A DNA stretch of 63,157 bases, the filler included, from Octopus bimaculoides (Eukaryota): NCBI RefSeq assembly GCF_001194135.2. It is 6 parts of 6 records of this genome, joined end to end, with 100 filler letters (N's around TTAATTAATTAA, not from the genome) between each part and the next. Parts side by side here need not be neighbours in the genome. Positions count along the whole stretch, not along the records: positions 1 to 23,510 come from NC_069007.1; 5 more parts are not named here. One strand, given 5' to 3'. Positions 1 through 12,893 of this stretch are shown piece after piece. A program made the translations under genes and the position numbers. The notes under the pieces were generated by a model that did no database searches, was not told the origin of the DNA, and worked only from the letters and a program-made list of their open reading frames with translations. The stretch's first letter is position 1. Every line of letters begins with the position of its first letter.

Positions 1-200
1 GACCGGAAGTTAGAAGTTCTTTTTTCAGGAGAGCTAAGAAAAGGGGGAGATAAACGGTGATCGAAGAACGAGGGGCTGTGTGTGGGAGATAGAATGCTGG
101 TGATCTTGACGTATGTAGTGTGAAAATGGGGAGGGGAGAAAGGAGTTGGTCAGTTGTAGTGTGTGCGTGGTGTGATGCGAGGGTATTGGTGTGATGTGAT
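1..200 (-). mobile_element. Possible Penelope-like 3' region fragment
   Basis: Minus-strand GATCACCGTTTATCTCCCCCTTTTCTTAGCTCTC resembles 61545-61585 on the plus strand. Confidence 0.3.
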
Positions 201-210
201 GTGAGGGTGT

Positions 211-375
211 TACGACGGGCTTCTTTTAGTTTCTGTCTACCAAATCCACTCACAAGGCTTTGGTCAGCCCGAGGCTATAGTAGAAGATACTTGCCCAAGG
301 TGCCATGCAATGGGGATGAACCGGGAACCATGTGGTTGGTAAGTAAGCTACTTACCACACAGCCACTCCTGCGCC
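211..375 (-). mobile_element. SINE family 1 (tRNA-like head, CORE-like GCACCTTGGGCAAG box), 5' half
   Basis: Near-identical to other copies in the window (e.g. 20678-20840). Confidence 0.9.
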
Positions 376-1782
376 TATAATAGCATACTTCTTTGTCAGT
401 AAATGTTATTTTTTTCTTACATCTACACACACGCACTCGTTTGGTGCGGGAGGGGGTACTAATTAATTTTTTTTTCTTTTCGCCTAACTGTATAAATTCC
501 CGTGTGTAGAACACAAAAGCACAAAAGTTTTCTGAAAATTTCAAAAATTAGGAGGAAGTTATATGGGATTCTTAAACCAAGATTCTGTCAAATTGTTTAA
601 GAAATTTCCTATTCTCACTAATAATTGTATCTTAATCAGTTAAGCTAAAGATCCTTATCGATCATCTCGAGAAATGTGTGTTTGTGTCAGAGAGAGAGAG
701 AAAGTGGGACACGGACACAATATTCGTATTTTTGTTCTTGTCTTCAACGATAGCGTTGAGAAATGGGCGTGTCTGCGTATAGCCATACATCCATTCCTCC
801 AACCAACCAACGATACACACACACATATATATGTATTTAAACAATACATGCGAACCAATCGGAAGCTATATTATAAGCGGGTAGATTTTACAGAACCTAC
901 CATTCCTATTGGTAGTTATAAATCACAGAATGAAAAAGTGAATATGAGAATGATAATAGCAATAATTCTTTTATATGCAGTGGAAGCGTCGAATATTTGG
1001 GGGAGGTTTTGAGGTTGTTAATTTGAAATAATACGGCCTGGATGAAGTCGATTTGAAATCGTTACTTCGGGACTGATGTTGAAACTGGAGCTAGAGTTAG
1101 TTCCCCTGTCAGTTAATTGTTCAGCCTTCCCAATTGACAGCTGACGTTTCATTCACACCTGTTATTATTTGACATGTCTCATTGTATTTAAGGGAATCGA
1201 ATGAAATTTAGATTAAATGTGTAATGTAATAGGTACAACACAAAGCGTATTATGATGTGCTCTACACTGGCTCTGTATCAATATGTAAGTATTATTTATA
1301 TACTTTCATAGTTCGAACTCTTGAACATACTGGGAAGTCCTTCAGCTTTGGTATGTCATTTAACCTCTATTTCCGTCGAAGCCTCTTTCTTGGTCACGAA
1401 GGAAAGCTGTGTAAGTGAATGACGCCATGTATTAATTTGGAAGAATTGCCATCCTAGGAACTCAGTGTTTTTAATATAAATAACGATCATTGAATTTTTA
1501 AATGTAATTCCTACTGTAGTTTTTCTTGGAGAACAGCCAAAAAGAAACATTTGGTATCTCATTTGTGAAATTTGGATGAATATTTTAGGAAATATGACAA
1601 TTTGATTGCTCAACGAAATTTTGTCTATTTTGCCTAAAAAGTTTCTTATTCTTTACTTTACTAGAAGTAATAGTTTGTCCTATACTTTTACAGGTGTAAT
1701 AACTTGTCCTGTACTTTTCCAGGTTTATAATCTTAAGAATATTACTTTTCATGCTCACATTTTTCCATGTTATATATATATA

Positions 1783-2785
1783 TTGGGTCATCCCATAAAT
1801 AATGCAGAGGGGGGACAGAATAAACTACCTGCATCAACTTGCTGTAAAAGCAGGTAGTAATTTTACCTTCACTTATTCTTAGTGCAAGTTTTGAAGAGTG
1901 CAGTTCGATTTTAACAGTTATTTTTTCAAAGCTATAATGGAAGTAACAAAGGAGTATATATTCAGCATATTTTGCTTTGTGAGTTCAATAAAGACAAGTA
2001 TGAGAAATATTAATGCAGTAAATGGGGATCGGACAATAAGCGTAATCCAGTGTCAACAGTAGTTCCAGAAATTCTGAGCCAGAAATTACAGCTCAAAGAG
2101 GACATCCTACAAACCCTGTTGGAACAAAATCTCATTGTAACTGTTGAGGAGCTTGCAGAGAAGCTTGGATTTGGTCGGTCAACCATTCATTGACACCTGC
2201 GTACCATCAGAAAAGACAGCAAATTGGGTTAACGAGTTCCTCACAAACTTTCCAAGTCTAATCGCATGCATTAAGTGAGTGTGTGCTCTTCTTTGCTGTC
2301 ACATCACATGAATGAATCTTTTTCTGGGACCAAATTGTGACTGGTAACAAGTAATGGGTTCTCTATAAAAACGACCATCTTTGGTTTCAAGACAAAAGGT
2401 GTTCTTCCATCAGGATAATGTTTGGCCTATACAGCAAGGATGACATTCGAAAGGCTGGAACAATTTGAATGGAAAATGATGCCCCACCAACCATATTCAC
2501 CAGACATTGCCCCATCTGATTATCATTTATTCTGCAATCTTCAAAATCATTTGGACAGCAAAAAATATGAATTTTGTAGACTAGGTCAGTACATCACTGG
2601 CGGAGTATTTGTTTTGTCATGGACAAATGAACGTTTGGAAGAGGGGCCTTGCAAGTTTACCAGATAGATGGAAGAACATTGTAGAAAATGAAGGAGAGAA
2701 TATTTTAGATTAAAAAAGAACTTTATCTTAATTTTTAAGAATAAAAGAAGTATAAAAAAACCATATTATTTATGGGATGACCTAA
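1783..2785 (+). mobile_element. Decayed mariner transposon with TIRs
   Basis: TIR TTGGGTCATCCCATAAATAAT and its reverse complement ending CCTAA, flanked by TA. Transposase remnant PHQPYSPDIAPSDYHLF (mariner YSPDLAPSDY motif). Confidence 0.9.
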
Positions 2786-2969
2786 TATATATTTATATGC
2801 ATATGTTTATATATATGTGTTATATTACATGTACATTTTTCTGCCTTGAAAATAGAAGAAAATATTAGGTAAGTTAATTTGTTCAGGTGAGAGTCTATAT
2901 CTTCAGTTTATGAATATAGAAATATAGTAAAACCGTCTTTTTAAGTTGTATCTCATCTTAAGTTTGCTC

Positions 2970-3000
2970 TGTTTCTCATTTTGTTTCTCTATTATTTCAG
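2970..3000 (+). promoter_or_regulatory. Probable splice acceptor for the exon carrying the ZNF ORF
   Basis: Long polypyrimidine tract ending TTATTTCAG at 3000. Candidate upstream donors are GTAAGT at about 1411 and about 2870. No transcript evidence. Confidence 0.4.
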
Positions 3001-3579
3001 AGCATCGGATGACATTGACAGAAGAGAATTCTGAACTTTAGATGTATTGTCACTTTCAACATTTCAATGTTAAGAGGAAATATTCTACAGAACAGATACA
3101 ACCCTCTTTATATAAATCTATGGTGAATTGTTGTGAAATATTTTCTCTCAGCTGAGATTAACAGGGAAATTCTCCTTATGAAACTGTCTTCAATGTATAT
3201 GACATTTATTTGTGTTGAAATAAATTTGCAAAGTAGATGAGAACATCTTTAGGCACCAACAAAGATTAAATTTACTGGAAATAAGCAGCAGAGTTATTTG
3301 TTATATTTAAACTTGAGGTACAAACAAGAAAAATAACCATACATTGTGGCAATAGAAAAATAACAGAAAAAGGAACTATTTAACAAGCTTGAAGTGAATT
3401 ATATTCTGCAGAAGAAGTTCTGAAAGAGATAAGAATATTGTTGTCTGACCATACAACCTGCAAATTGTCACTCTGTCAAAAAACATTACATCTCGACTTG
3501 CAGATGCAGTTGTACAGAAAGGAGACCAAACAACTTTGGTGTTTGTAGTACATCATTCTCTGAGTAACGTAACTTGACT

Positions 3580-4824
3580 ATGCCTAAATATATTCATAAA
3601 GCAGAGAAACCTTTTCGCTGTGATATATGTGGTAAAACTTTTGCACATGCTGGAAACTTCGCTATTCACAGTCGGACTCATACAGGGGAGAAACCATTTC
3701 ACTGCGATATCTGTGGTAAATCCTTTATTCATACAGGACAGTTGAATTTTCACAAACGGATTCATACAGGAGAAAAGCCCTTTCGCTGTGATATCTGTGG
3801 TAAATCATTTATTCATACAGGTCAGTTGAATATTCACAAACGTATTCATACTGGCAAGAAGCCATTTCGCTGTGATATCTGTGGTAAATCATTTCCTTAT
3901 GGAAATAGCTTAACTATTCACAAACGGACTCACACCGGAGAGAAGCCATACCATTGTGATTTATGTGGTAAATCATTTTCTCATGCAAGTAGCTTAACTT
4001 TACACAAACAGGTTCATACAGGAGAGAAGCCATTTTGCTGTGATATTTGTGATAAATCATTCTCCTGTAAAGGTGTGTTAACTGCCCACAAACAGTCTCA
4101 TACAGGAGAAAAGCCATTTAGCTGTGATATCTGTCATAAAACATTTTCCCGTAAAGGTGTGTTAACTGCCCACAAACGGATTCATAGAGGAGAAAGATCA
4201 TATTGTGATATCTGTGGAAAATCATTCTCTCATCCATACAGCGTAATTCTTCACAAACGGATTCATACCAAAGAGAGGCCATACCGCTGTGATATTTGTG
4301 GTAAATCATTTACCCGTGGAGATACCTTAACTGTTCACAAACAGGTTCATACCGGAAAGAAGCAGCAGTGTGATATCTGTAATAAATCGTTATCTGTAAG
4401 TGGTAACTTAACCGAACACAAATATACTCATGAAAAGGAGAAACAAGATGATTGCAACATCAAATGTATTCATGAAAGAGGGAAACCATACTGCTGTGAT
4501 ATATGTGGTAAATCATTCTCTCAGAATGGTGGCTTGACTGTTCACAAACGTATTCATACAGGAGAAAAGCAATATCGCTGTGATATCTGTGGTAAGTTAT
4601 TACCTCACAAAAGTGCCCTAACTGCACACAAACGCATTCATACAGGAGAAAAACCATATCGCTGCGATATATGTGGTAAATCCTTCTCTCAGAGAGGGGA
4701 CTTAAATAAACACAAATATATTCATACTGGAGAGAAACTATTTTGCTGTGCTGTCTGTGGTAAGTCATTTTCGCAAAGTAGTAACTTAAGCACACATAAA
4801 CGGATTCATACACGAGAGAAGTGA
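3580..4824 (+). CDS. Tandem C2H2 zinc-finger protein, 414 aa, 14 intact fingers, single coding exon
   Basis: Uninterrupted ORF from ATG 3580 (in-frame TAA at 3565) to TGA 4822-4824. It has 14 CxxC-x12-H-x3-H repeats with TGEKP-type linkers. AATAAA signals follow near 5006 and 5054. Confidence 0.93.
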   Translation: MPKYIHKAEKPFRCDICGKTFAHAGNFAIHSRTHTGEKPFHCDICGKSFIHTGQLNFHKRIHTGEKPFRCDICGKSFIHTGQLNIHKRIHTGKKPFRCDICGKSFPYGNSLTIHKRTHTGEKPYHCDLCGKSFSHASSLTLHKQVHTGEKPFCCDICDKSFSCKGVLTAHKQSHTGEKPFSCDICHKTFSRKGVLTAHKRIHRGERSYCDICGKSFSHPYSVILHKRIHTKERPYRCDICGKSFTRGDTLTVHKQVHTGKKQQCDICNKSLSVSGNLTEHKYTHEKEKQDDCNIKCIHERGKPYCCDICGKSFSQNGGLTVHKRIHTGEKQYRCDICGKLLPHKSALTAHKRIHTGEKPYRCDICGKSFSQRGDLNKHKYIHTGEKLFCCAVCGKSFSQSSNLSTHKRIHTREK

Positions 4825-5070
4825 TATCTGTGGCATATTCTCTTCAAATCATTATTTTGCTGAGCATAACTGCATCGACCCATGAGAAAAACCATTTCAC
4901 TGTGATATCTGGTAAATCATTCTCTCAGATGAGACTTAGATAAACAAATTTATTCATAGAAGAGAAAAGCCTAATATCTGATATTTGTGGTTAATTATTC
5001 TCTCCTAATAAAAATGGGTTTTTACTATACAGGTGTTTATCCATACAGAAGAATAAAAACTGTATTGTCC
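4821..5070 (+). pseudogene. Decayed C2H2 finger repeats (about 3) downstream of the ZNF stop
   Basis: Frameshifted copies of the finger and linker DNA motif, e.g. GAGAAAAACCATTTCACTGTGATATCTGGTAAATCATTCTCTCAG and ATTCATAGAAGAGAAAAGCC...TGATATTTGTGG. Confidence 0.8.
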
Positions 5071-6109
5071 AAAGTCTGCAATAACAATCTTCAAATATTT
5101 AATATTTTATTAAAAAGTGATGAATTGACTCAGTAATTTCAGTGTGAGACGAAATATCTTCTTGTGGCACTTATTCCAGATTCTTGCATTCATCATCTTC
5201 ATTATTATTTCACTTAAATTTCCATGTTTGCAAGAGTCAGACAAAATTTAATGGAGCAAATTTTCTGCAGCCGAATGTTAAAGAAACCGACTTCTCCGTT
5301 CTTGTAAGTTTGTGAATTTCTGCTACTCAATAACTTTGCTTCCAACTTTCCCTAACCTCTTCATGCCTTATAAGGACCAACTCCAATGTATGGAAATGAA
5401 AAAAAGGGTTTCTCATTTCCACAAAGACAATCGTTCTGATCCCAATCACTTGCATCATCTCAATAAATGACAGAAACAATTAGAAACAAGTATCTCATTC
5501 ATGAACCATTTTCATCTATTTCTTTTTTCTCTGACTGTCACTACTATGGTTCCTGTAGAGCCAAACGTAGAAGAGACTGGCTCTTGTATGCTGTTCATCT
5601 ATGGTCTGCTGCATTTGTCAAATTTAGCTTTAGCGTATCTTGGTTAGGACATTGAGTTTTATAAACCCCATATGAAGCCATGTAACACATTGAATTTAGA
5701 TTTGATTAATTAATTAATTACACCTTTCTTTCCTCCCATAGTCAATTATGTTTAATTATACAGCTTGAGATCTATGTAAAAATGATCAGTGAGTTGTATA
5801 ATGGAAATAAAACCAATTTGAAGCAATTGCAAATTTTTCTTCTGATGATTTTGAATTTTAAAATATTGGTGAAATACAGCAGAAAATTAAATGTTTTTTT
5901 TTTTTTGAAATGTTTCTAGAAGTTTCCATTTTCATGTTTTGCTCTGAATTTGACTGTACTTCTCTTGATACACAATGCATGATACTAAGAGTATAAATGG
6001 TTCTCTGTCTTTCAGCAGTTAAAATTCAATCAATTGAATTTATATGTAAGTGGCTAAGCATTCCAGACACTTGGAATACTCAACCTTGTTGTTATTAGGT
6101 AGTTCAAAA

Positions 6110-6320
6110 GTGGTGAGCAGGTAGAATTAGCACACCAGGAAAAACGCTTAGTAACATTCTATCCAGCTTTATGTTCTGAGTTCAAATTCCAGTAAGGTCA
6201 ATTTTTGCCTTTCAGTTGTTCTGGGGTGATAAAATAAGTACCAGTTGAATATTGGGGTTGATGCAATTGACTTCCCTCCCCACCTATGAAACTGCTGGCC
6301 TTACATGAAAATTTGAAACC
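6110..6320 (+). mobile_element. SINE family 2 copy
   Basis: Similarity to 15424-15625. Confidence 0.75.
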
Positions 6321-7123
6321 ATTACACTGCGTAACAGGATTTTTGTCCTTGGGTAGCAACTGTTATTTTTTTTTTTTTTTGCTTACTCCTAGAAACTCTG
6401 AAAAATATCTCCTTCAAACTTTGCTTCTGTTACATTTTCTCAAATCCTGAAGAATCCTTCTCAACACTATGATGCTCTCTCATTACTCCTTCTCATGATC
6501 AGAGGTGCACATATTGTCGGCCACTAAAGAACATGCTCAAGTGGTTAAGGTCAAACAACTGACAAAGCAAATCTGTAGCCTGCTTGGCCATACTTTCTGT
6601 GAGTTAAATGTGTAGTGGCACGAAATTATGGCTGCCATTAAGGAAGTACAATCTATGCATGCGCAAGGGACTTGCCTTCCCGGAAGCCCCTCGAGTGCGC
6701 ATGCATAGTAAAACCAGTACTTAAAGCGCTTTGCGTGCTTTCTAACCCTTTTTTAGCGCGATGCCTTCGATGTAACAACTACTTGCTCCTCTCAGATGCC
6801 TCAACTAAGCTTTTAACCTTCCAATACTGATCACAAGTTGACCAGCGGCTGCCAGGCTGAATAACAGGGTTTGTAAAACCAAGCATCACCAAAAATAAAA
6901 CTTATTTTATTATGTTGTTAATTGTTCTACTGTTTCTTAATATATAATTTTGTTGAAAGGTGATAGAGAGACTAATGTCTCTCTATCACCTTTCACAGAT
7001 GTTTTCCAAGCAGGTTCTTCACAGCTCACTGCCTTCCTGCCCACAAGCCTCTCCTACTTCTAAAGCAAGGCAATATTGCCCTATGAATAGACATGTATTT
7101 ACATCATATGTGTGTGTGTGTGT

Positions 7124-7498
7124 GCAGGAGTGGCTGTGTGGTAAGTAGCTTGCTTACCAACCACGTGGTTCCGAGTTCAGTCCCACTGCATGGCACCTTG
7201 GGCAAGTGTCTTCTACTATAGCCTTCGGCCAACCAAAGCCTTGTGAATGGTTTTGGTAAACGAAAACTGAAAGAAGCCCATCATATATGTGTGTGTGTGT
7301 GTGTTTGTCCCCCCCCCACTCAGCATCGCTTGACAACTGATGCTGGTGTATTTACATTCCTGTACCTTAGCGGTTCGGCAAAAGAGACCGATAGAATAAG
7401 TACTAGGCTTACAAAGAATAAGTCCTGAGGTCGATTTGCTCAACTAAAGGCGGTGCTCCAGCATGGCCGCAGTCAGATGACTGACACAAGTAAAAGAA
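7124..7498 (+). mobile_element. SINE family 1, full length
   Basis: Head, internal TA/TG microsatellite, body, and ...GAAACAAGTAAAAGA tail. Confidence 0.9.
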
Positions 7499-7634
7499 TA
7501 TACATATCTATAATGTACTATAACAAAAAACGTACTCCATCTGGTGAGAAATATTTATTTAAAGGGCACAATACACGTATTCAAGCTTTACTAACAGTTT
7601 GATATGTTGAGAAATACTCAAACATATTTTTCAG

Positions 7635-7727
7635 GTTCTATATTTAAGAGATGAGGATTTATTTACATTATTTACATTATTTACATTTGACGAATATCCG
7701 TCAAATGTAAATAATGTAAATAATGTA
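7635..7727. repeat. Foldback repeat family copy 1 (29-bp perfect arms)
   Basis: Arms at 7664-7692 and 7699-7727. It shares TTCTATATTTAAGAGATGAGG...CATTATTTACATTTGACG with 22290. Confidence 0.85.
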
Positions 7728-8054
7728 TATTCTTCAGGCTCAGACCAGTTATCATAACGGACTAAAAGAACTGAAGATTAGAAGAAACGCGAAAGCACTG
7801 AGACGGTAGCATATAGAAAACGCAGAAAGTAGAAAACGGGAAACAACTCAAATGTAAAAAAAATGTTGAAAAGGTATAAGAGTTATCTCCCTTTGACCTT
7901 AAATGATTAGGCTGAAAAAATATCAACAAGTTAATAAGGAATAGGCGGAATTTTCCAGTTCTTCAAAATATATTTATACATACTAGCTGGACCCTTGAAA
8001 AATTCACGGAAAATATTAAAAATGTAAGCATCTGTAAACAGTGTACTGGTGCCA

Positions 8055-8222
8055 TGAGAAATGTTTGTATATTATGACCGTCTGTCTATACGTTCTGAGT
8101 TCAAATTCTGCCGAAGTCGACTTTGCCTTTCGTCCTTTAGGGAGTTGATAAATTAAGTACCAGTTGTGTACTGGAGTCGATCTAATCAACCCCCCCCCAC
8201 TCTCCACAAAAAATTCAGGCCT
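8055..8222 (+). mobile_element. SINE family 2 copy, 5'-truncated
   Basis: Similarity to 15424-15625. Confidence 0.8.
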
Positions 8223-8397
8223 AGAAAAGTATATTGTGACAGTTACAGAATATAGAAAGAAGTGTAAAATCGATAACTATATAATCCAACCAAAATATCT
8301 CAGTTACGTAAACGGAATTACTATTTAATCTTAAAATACATCGTACATATTCAAATAACTTTCTTGGTTTAGTGGTATAGAACGTTTTTCTGGTATT

Positions 8398-8585
8398 CTT
8401 TTACTTGTTTCAATCATTTGATGGTAGACATACTGGAGCAACGTCCTTTAGTCGAAGAAATTGAATAGAATAAGAATAAGTAATAGGTTTACAAAGAATA
8501 AGTCCTGAGGTCGATTTGCTCGACTGAAGGCGGTGCTCCAGCATGGCCGCAGTCAAATGACCGAAACAAGTAAAAGAGTAAAGTG
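8398..8585. mobile_element. Two SINE family 1 tails in inverted orientation
   Basis: 8398-8465 (minus) and 8470-8585 (plus) are reverse-complementary over the tail. Confidence 0.75.
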
Positions 8586-8639
8586 AGTATAGCTGAATTG
8601 CATAAAAAAGTAAGCAGCACAAAAGTTAATGAGATTTGT

Positions 8640-10180
8640 GAAACTGGCGTTTTGCTTTCAGAATATCATCAACATTTGCTTTATGATTGCTGCAGCCAAC
8701 CATAAGAATTGTTTTCAAAAAGTTCATCAGTGACCCTTGTGCGGTGTATTGATTTTACACACTTCACTTTTGAAAAAGTTTGCTCCCAAAAGCTGATGCC
8801 ATACCTGAGGCAAATTTTTTCAATTTGGAAACTCATCAGCAGGCAAGCAGTGATAAAATTCAATGAGTTTTCCTTCTCTGTGCTTCTCTTTCAACAAGGT
8901 ATTAACTTGCAAGTCAATAAGTTCCAGTTGTAGTTAGTTCAGTTAGCATGTTATCAAGGTTACAGCCAAAGGGATTCTCAAACAAAGGAATTTCATTCTA
9001 AATTCTGTCAAGCTCTGAAAATTTTTTTGAGAAAAATGCTTATTTAAGACCTGAATAATTTTTTTCTGAAACTCGAGGTTAACATGTTCCGCATTTTCTG
9101 TGCAAAACTATTGAAAACACTGAAAATGAGAGAGGTTTCCTCCTTCAATTTGTGCTTCAAACAATGATAGCTTTCCCTGAAAAGCTGTAATAATTCTGTA
9201 GGGATCTCNNNNNNNNNNNNNNNNNNNNNNNNNNNNNNNNNNNNNNNNNNNNNNNNNNNNNNNNNNNNNNNNNNNNNNNNNNNNNNNNNNNNNNNNNNNN
9301 NNNNNNNNNNNNNNNNNNNNNNNNNNNNNNNNNNNNNNNNNNNNNNNNNNNNNNNNNNNNNNNNNNNNNNNNNNNNNNNNNNNNNNNNNNNNNNNNNNNN
9401 NNNNNNNNNNNNNNNNNNNNNNNNNNNNNNNNNNNNNNNNNNNNNNNNNNNNNNNNNNNNNNNNNNNNNNNNNNNNNNNNNNNNNNNNNNNNNNNNNNNN
9501 NNNNNNNNNNNNNNNNNNNNNNNNNNNNNNNNNNNNNNNNNNNNNNNNNNNNNNNNNNNNNNNNNNNNNNNNNNNNNNNNNNNNNNNNNNNNNNNNNNNN
9601 NNNNNNNNNNNNNNNNNNNNNNNNNNNNNNNNNNNNNNNNNNNNNNNNNNNNNNNNNNNNNNNNNNNNNNNNNNNNNNNNNNNNNNNNNNNNNNNNNNNN
9701 NNNNNNNNNNNNNNNNNNNNNNNNNNNNNNNNNNNNNNNNNNNNNNNNNNNNNNNNNNNNNNNNNNNNNNNNNNNNNNNNNNNNNNNNNNNNNNNNNNNN
9801 NNNNNNNNNNNNNNNNNNNNNNNNNNNNNNNNNNNNNNNNNNNNNNNNNNNNNNNNNNNNNNNNNNNNNNNNNNNNNNNNNNNNNNNNNNNNNNNNNNNN
9901 NNNNNNNNNNNNNNNNNNNNNNNNNNNNNNNNNNNNNNNNNNNNNNNNNNNNNNNNNNNNNNNNNNNNNNNNNNNNNNNNNNNNNNNNNNNNNNNNNNNN
10001 NNNNNNNNNNNNNNNNNNNNNNNNNNNNNNNNNNNNNNNNNNNNNNNNNNNNNNNNNNNNNNNNNGACATTTGCTGCTTCCATCATGCAATCCTTTATAA
10101 AGTTTCCGTCAGTAAATGGTTTTCCTCCCTCTGCCAACTTATTCACTTGTGGTGTTTGTGGAGAGGATTGCAGATGAGGC
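8640..10180 (-). mobile_element. hAT (Charlie/SPIN-like) transposase remnant spanning an N gap
   Basis: Minus-strand peptides LAEGGKPFTDGNFIKDCMMEAA, ITAFQGKLSLFEAQIEGGNLSHF, and QLELIDLQ...KKFASGMASAFGS-QTFSKVKCVKSIHRTRVTDE (hAT dimerisation region). Confidence 0.85.
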
Positions 10181-10400
10181 AAATGGAAGTGAAGACTCTA
10201 GGGGCCGGTGGAAGAGCCACGGGGGCATGCATGGACACATTGCACATGGGGCAGTTCGATGAGAGAAGGCGCATGTGAAGGGTCGTGTTTTTATCTGGTC
10301 AGAGATCGCTCATCCTGCCACGGTCAACAGGTAAGGTCTCTGTATTTCTTTCTCCCTTTTGCTTCTTTTTCTGTTGTCTTTTTCCTCCATCATGCTACAA

Positions 10401-10592
10401 TATGAAAGATAAAAAGCCTGCATTTTTGCAGACGATTTCTTCATTATTTGAGAGATAAAAAACTTGCATTTTTGTTGGAGATTTCTTCATTATATGAAAG
10501 ATAAGTATCTTGCATTTTTGTAAAAGTTCTCTTCATTGTATGTGACATAAGATGACTGTATTTCTGTTGACTGATGACTGATTTCTTCGTTA
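10401..10592. repeat. 46-bp minisatellite, 4 diverged copies
   Basis: Unit TATGAAAGATAAAAAGCCTGCATTTTTGCAGACGATTTCTTCATTA. Confidence 0.8.
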
Positions 10593-10677
10593 TATGAAGT
10601 AATTATATTATTATTTTCACTTAAAAAAACTGATTTCCAGTGTTTGCTATAACTATTAACATATGTATACAAATGTG

Positions 10678-10762
<85 letters not shown>

Positions 10763-10977
10763 CACCCACACATCATACAAGCATGCGTGTGTTTGTGTTT
10801 TATGCCAGGTGTCACAAACACTAGATGAAGCTCTGAAACATACATATAATATACATGTATGTGTATAATATATATGTATGTATATAGTTATATATATATA
10901 TATACAAATATTTATGTGTGCATTATATAAATATATACATATATATACATAAACGTATATAGATATATATGTGTGTA

Positions 10978-11020
<43 letters not shown>

Positions 11021-12410
11021 AATTTAAATAAGGGTGAAAAATTGAATCTTAATTTGATTAATATTAATTTAAAACCAGTGGCCTAGCATACATACATATA
11101 TATACACATATATATACATATATACATACATAGACACAACACATATACATACATACATACATATAGACACATAAATACACACACACACACACACGCACAC
11201 ACACACACACACTCACACACACACATATATATACATACATACATATATGTGTATGTATACACACACACACACACACACACATATGCAAACCATGCTACAT
11301 ACATCTATATAGAGTGAAAGAAATAGAAAAAAAAATTTCTTAGTGTCAGCAAAGTTATGTCCCGAAATACACATGTATGCTTACCTGTATATACATAATC
11401 CCAAATATTGCATAGACACTCCCCGGCACGTATGTAAACACACAAGCGCACGCACGCACACACACACGCACACACACACACACACATAATAGCCTTCTAT
11501 TTTGTTTACTTTATTTCTGTAGCTGGTATCAGCCCACATCAATGCTTTCATTTCCTATTATATATCACCATGCGCACACACATACAAACACACACACACA
11601 CACACACGTGTGTGCACACACTGGATTAGGGTTTTACAAGAGTATCAGCTAGAAGGAGATGTTTCATTTGTGCTGACTCATGGTTAACATTGGTATATAA
11701 AGAGACGAGTGATATGAGAAGAATTCAGTCAGAGAGGATCTGAGGGTTTTTAGATACGCAGTGCCTTTGGAAAATTTAGGGTGGAAAAAAAAAAGTACAT
11801 TGATTAAAGTGAGCAGAACTAGGAAGATAGATCTATACACAGACTGATATAGAGATAAGTAGAGTGATGTGTTGATGGGAAGAGAAACAGGCAGGAAGTC
11901 AGACAGGTAACTAGATGAGAGAGAGAGAGACAGATAGATAGACAAACAGAGAGACAGATATATAGATTAACAGAAAGACAGATAGATAGACAAACAGACA
12001 GACAGATATATAGATTAACAGAAAGACAGACAGATAGACCAACAGAGAGACAGATAAATAGACAAACAGAGAGACAGATAGATAGACAAACAGAGAGACA
12101 GATAGATAGACAAACAGAGAGACAGATAGATAGATTAACTGGTAGATGTGTAGACTGATAGACAGAACGATTGGTCAGAATTGAAAAAAAAAAAGAGAAA
12201 AGAAAGAAGGGCAGAAGAAAGAGATAAGGAAAATAAGAAGTAAAGACTCAGTATATCATACAAACACATATGACAGCAGATACATTACACACACATACAC
12301 ACATATGACAGCAGATACATTACACACACATACACACTAAAAAGACAAAGGATCAAACAAGTTATCCGACATTCCATTAAACAAACAAACCAAAAAACAT
12401 ACCAAAAGAC

Positions 12411-12636
12411 ATGGCATTGTTTCGTCATCAGAAGGAGTCACTGTTTCTCTTGTGTTTCATATTATGGTCTGTTTTATTCAATTTTCCAGTCACGTTCTCT
12501 TTCCCTTCCGGAGCTCCGAAGAGCTCTTGTTTTGACTTAATACCACATCACAGTGCAGGTGGACCCCAGCAATCGACCAGCCCCTACCGAATTGTCGCTG
12601 AAGTCACTGACACACCACAAGGAGCATTTGTTCGAG
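12411..12636 (+). CDS. First coding exon of a secreted Reeler-domain (defense protein-like) gene
   Basis: Hydrophobic signal peptide, then FPSGAPKSSCFDLIPHH...QQSTSPYRI, which matches the N-terminal Reeler signature (Y/F-P-x-G-A-P-x3-C-x4-P-x-H...S-P-Y). Phase-1 donor GAG|GTAATT at 12636/12637. Confidence 0.85.
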
Positions 12637-12663
12637 GTAATTACTACTACTACTACTACTACC

Positions 12664-12701
<38 letters not shown>

Positions 12702-12716
12702 TTATAATAATTATAA

Positions 12717-12893
12717 GGCGGTGAGCTGGCAGAATAGTGAGCATGCCAAGCATACTCAGTGGCATTTTATCTGTCTGCAAGTTCTGAGTTCAAATTCTGT
12801 CGAGGTCGACTTTGCCTTTCATCTTTTCGGGGCTATTAAAATAAATACTAGCTGAGTACTGGGGTCGATATAATTGAGTTACCCCCACCCCAG
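12717..12893 (+). mobile_element. SINE family 2 copy in the first intron of the Reeler gene
   Basis: Similarity to 15424-15625. Confidence 0.8.

Noticed and set aside
3914-4813. Minus-strand ORFs overlapping the ZNF gene
   Set aside because: They are antisense shadows of the periodic zinc-finger sequence.
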